Source: a virus (taxonomy: Duplodnaviria; Caudoviricetes). Taken from it: DNA of 64,000 bases. The notes under the pieces are model-generated. The model was not told the origin of the DNA. It ran no database searches and worked only from the letters and a program-made list of their open reading frames with translations. Position numbers and translations under genes: made by a program. Positions 63,973 to 64,000 of the stretch are shown here, piece after piece. Where the stretch lies: IMG/VR virus record IMGVR_UViG_3300025133_000020, one strand, 5' to 3'. How positions within the stretch are numbered: position 1 is the first letter of the stretch; each line of letters starts with the position of its first letter.

Positions 63973-64000
63973 TAATAGATAAAACCAGATATAGACTTCC
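63969..64000 (+). CDS. Start of next gene (MIIDKTRYRL...), truncated by window end
   Basis: ATGA overlap with the preceding stop; open to the window end. Confidence 0.5.
   Translation, partial: MIIDKTRYRL

Noticed and set aside
1-64000. Stop-codon reassignment (TAG or TGA recoding as in some large phages)
   Set aside because: Standard-code ORFs run to 2176 aa and tile the window; TAA, TAG and TGA all end genes at sensible C-termini.
1-64000. tRNA, tmRNA or rRNA genes
   Set aside because: No intergenic stretch shows a cloverleaf with T-loop (GTTCRA) and acceptor stem; gaps are mostly under 120 nt and are explained by promoters and terminators.

Overview
A 64-kb, AT-rich, densely coding segment of a large contractile-tailed dsDNA phage (jumbo-type myovirus), almost entirely on the + strand. 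It contains a tail/baseplate module (sheath 3' end, tube, tail chaperone with a likely programmed frameshift, tape measure, hub-like proteins, a 2176-aa protein with lytic transglycosylase-like and M15-like peptidase domains, gp25- and gp6-like wedge proteins, a run of large Cys- and Thr/Gly-rich fibre-like proteins). It also contains a T4-style recombination/replication set (gp32-like SSB, RecA/UvsX, 5'-3' exonuclease, DnaB, primase, RuvC, PD-(D/E)XK exonuclease, SbcD/SbcC), a class II ribonucleotide reductase and a sigma-70 factor. A Bacteroidota host is inferred from TAnnTT(T/C)G promoters, SD-less A-rich leaders, SprB-type repeats and a Bacteroidota-like sigma. The most striking observation is that two free-standing HNH-type endonuclease cassettes sit at the extreme 3' ends of essential genes (RNR, baseplate wedge). 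Each cassette is flanked by two synonymously recoded copies of the target gene's last codons, which suggests intron-less homing by 3'-end replacement. One of these endonucleases also carries what looks like a captured tail-sheath C-terminal domain. Other notable signals are a +1/-2 frameshift ORF missed by the ORF track, two promoter classes with many apparently leaderless genes, a candidate structured ncRNA after the tape measure gene, and a strongly enriched [ST][GA]xT motif in fibre proteins. No tRNA, rRNA, CRISPR array, intein or reverse transcriptase was seen. All protein-family calls come from motif recognition by eye, not from database searches.
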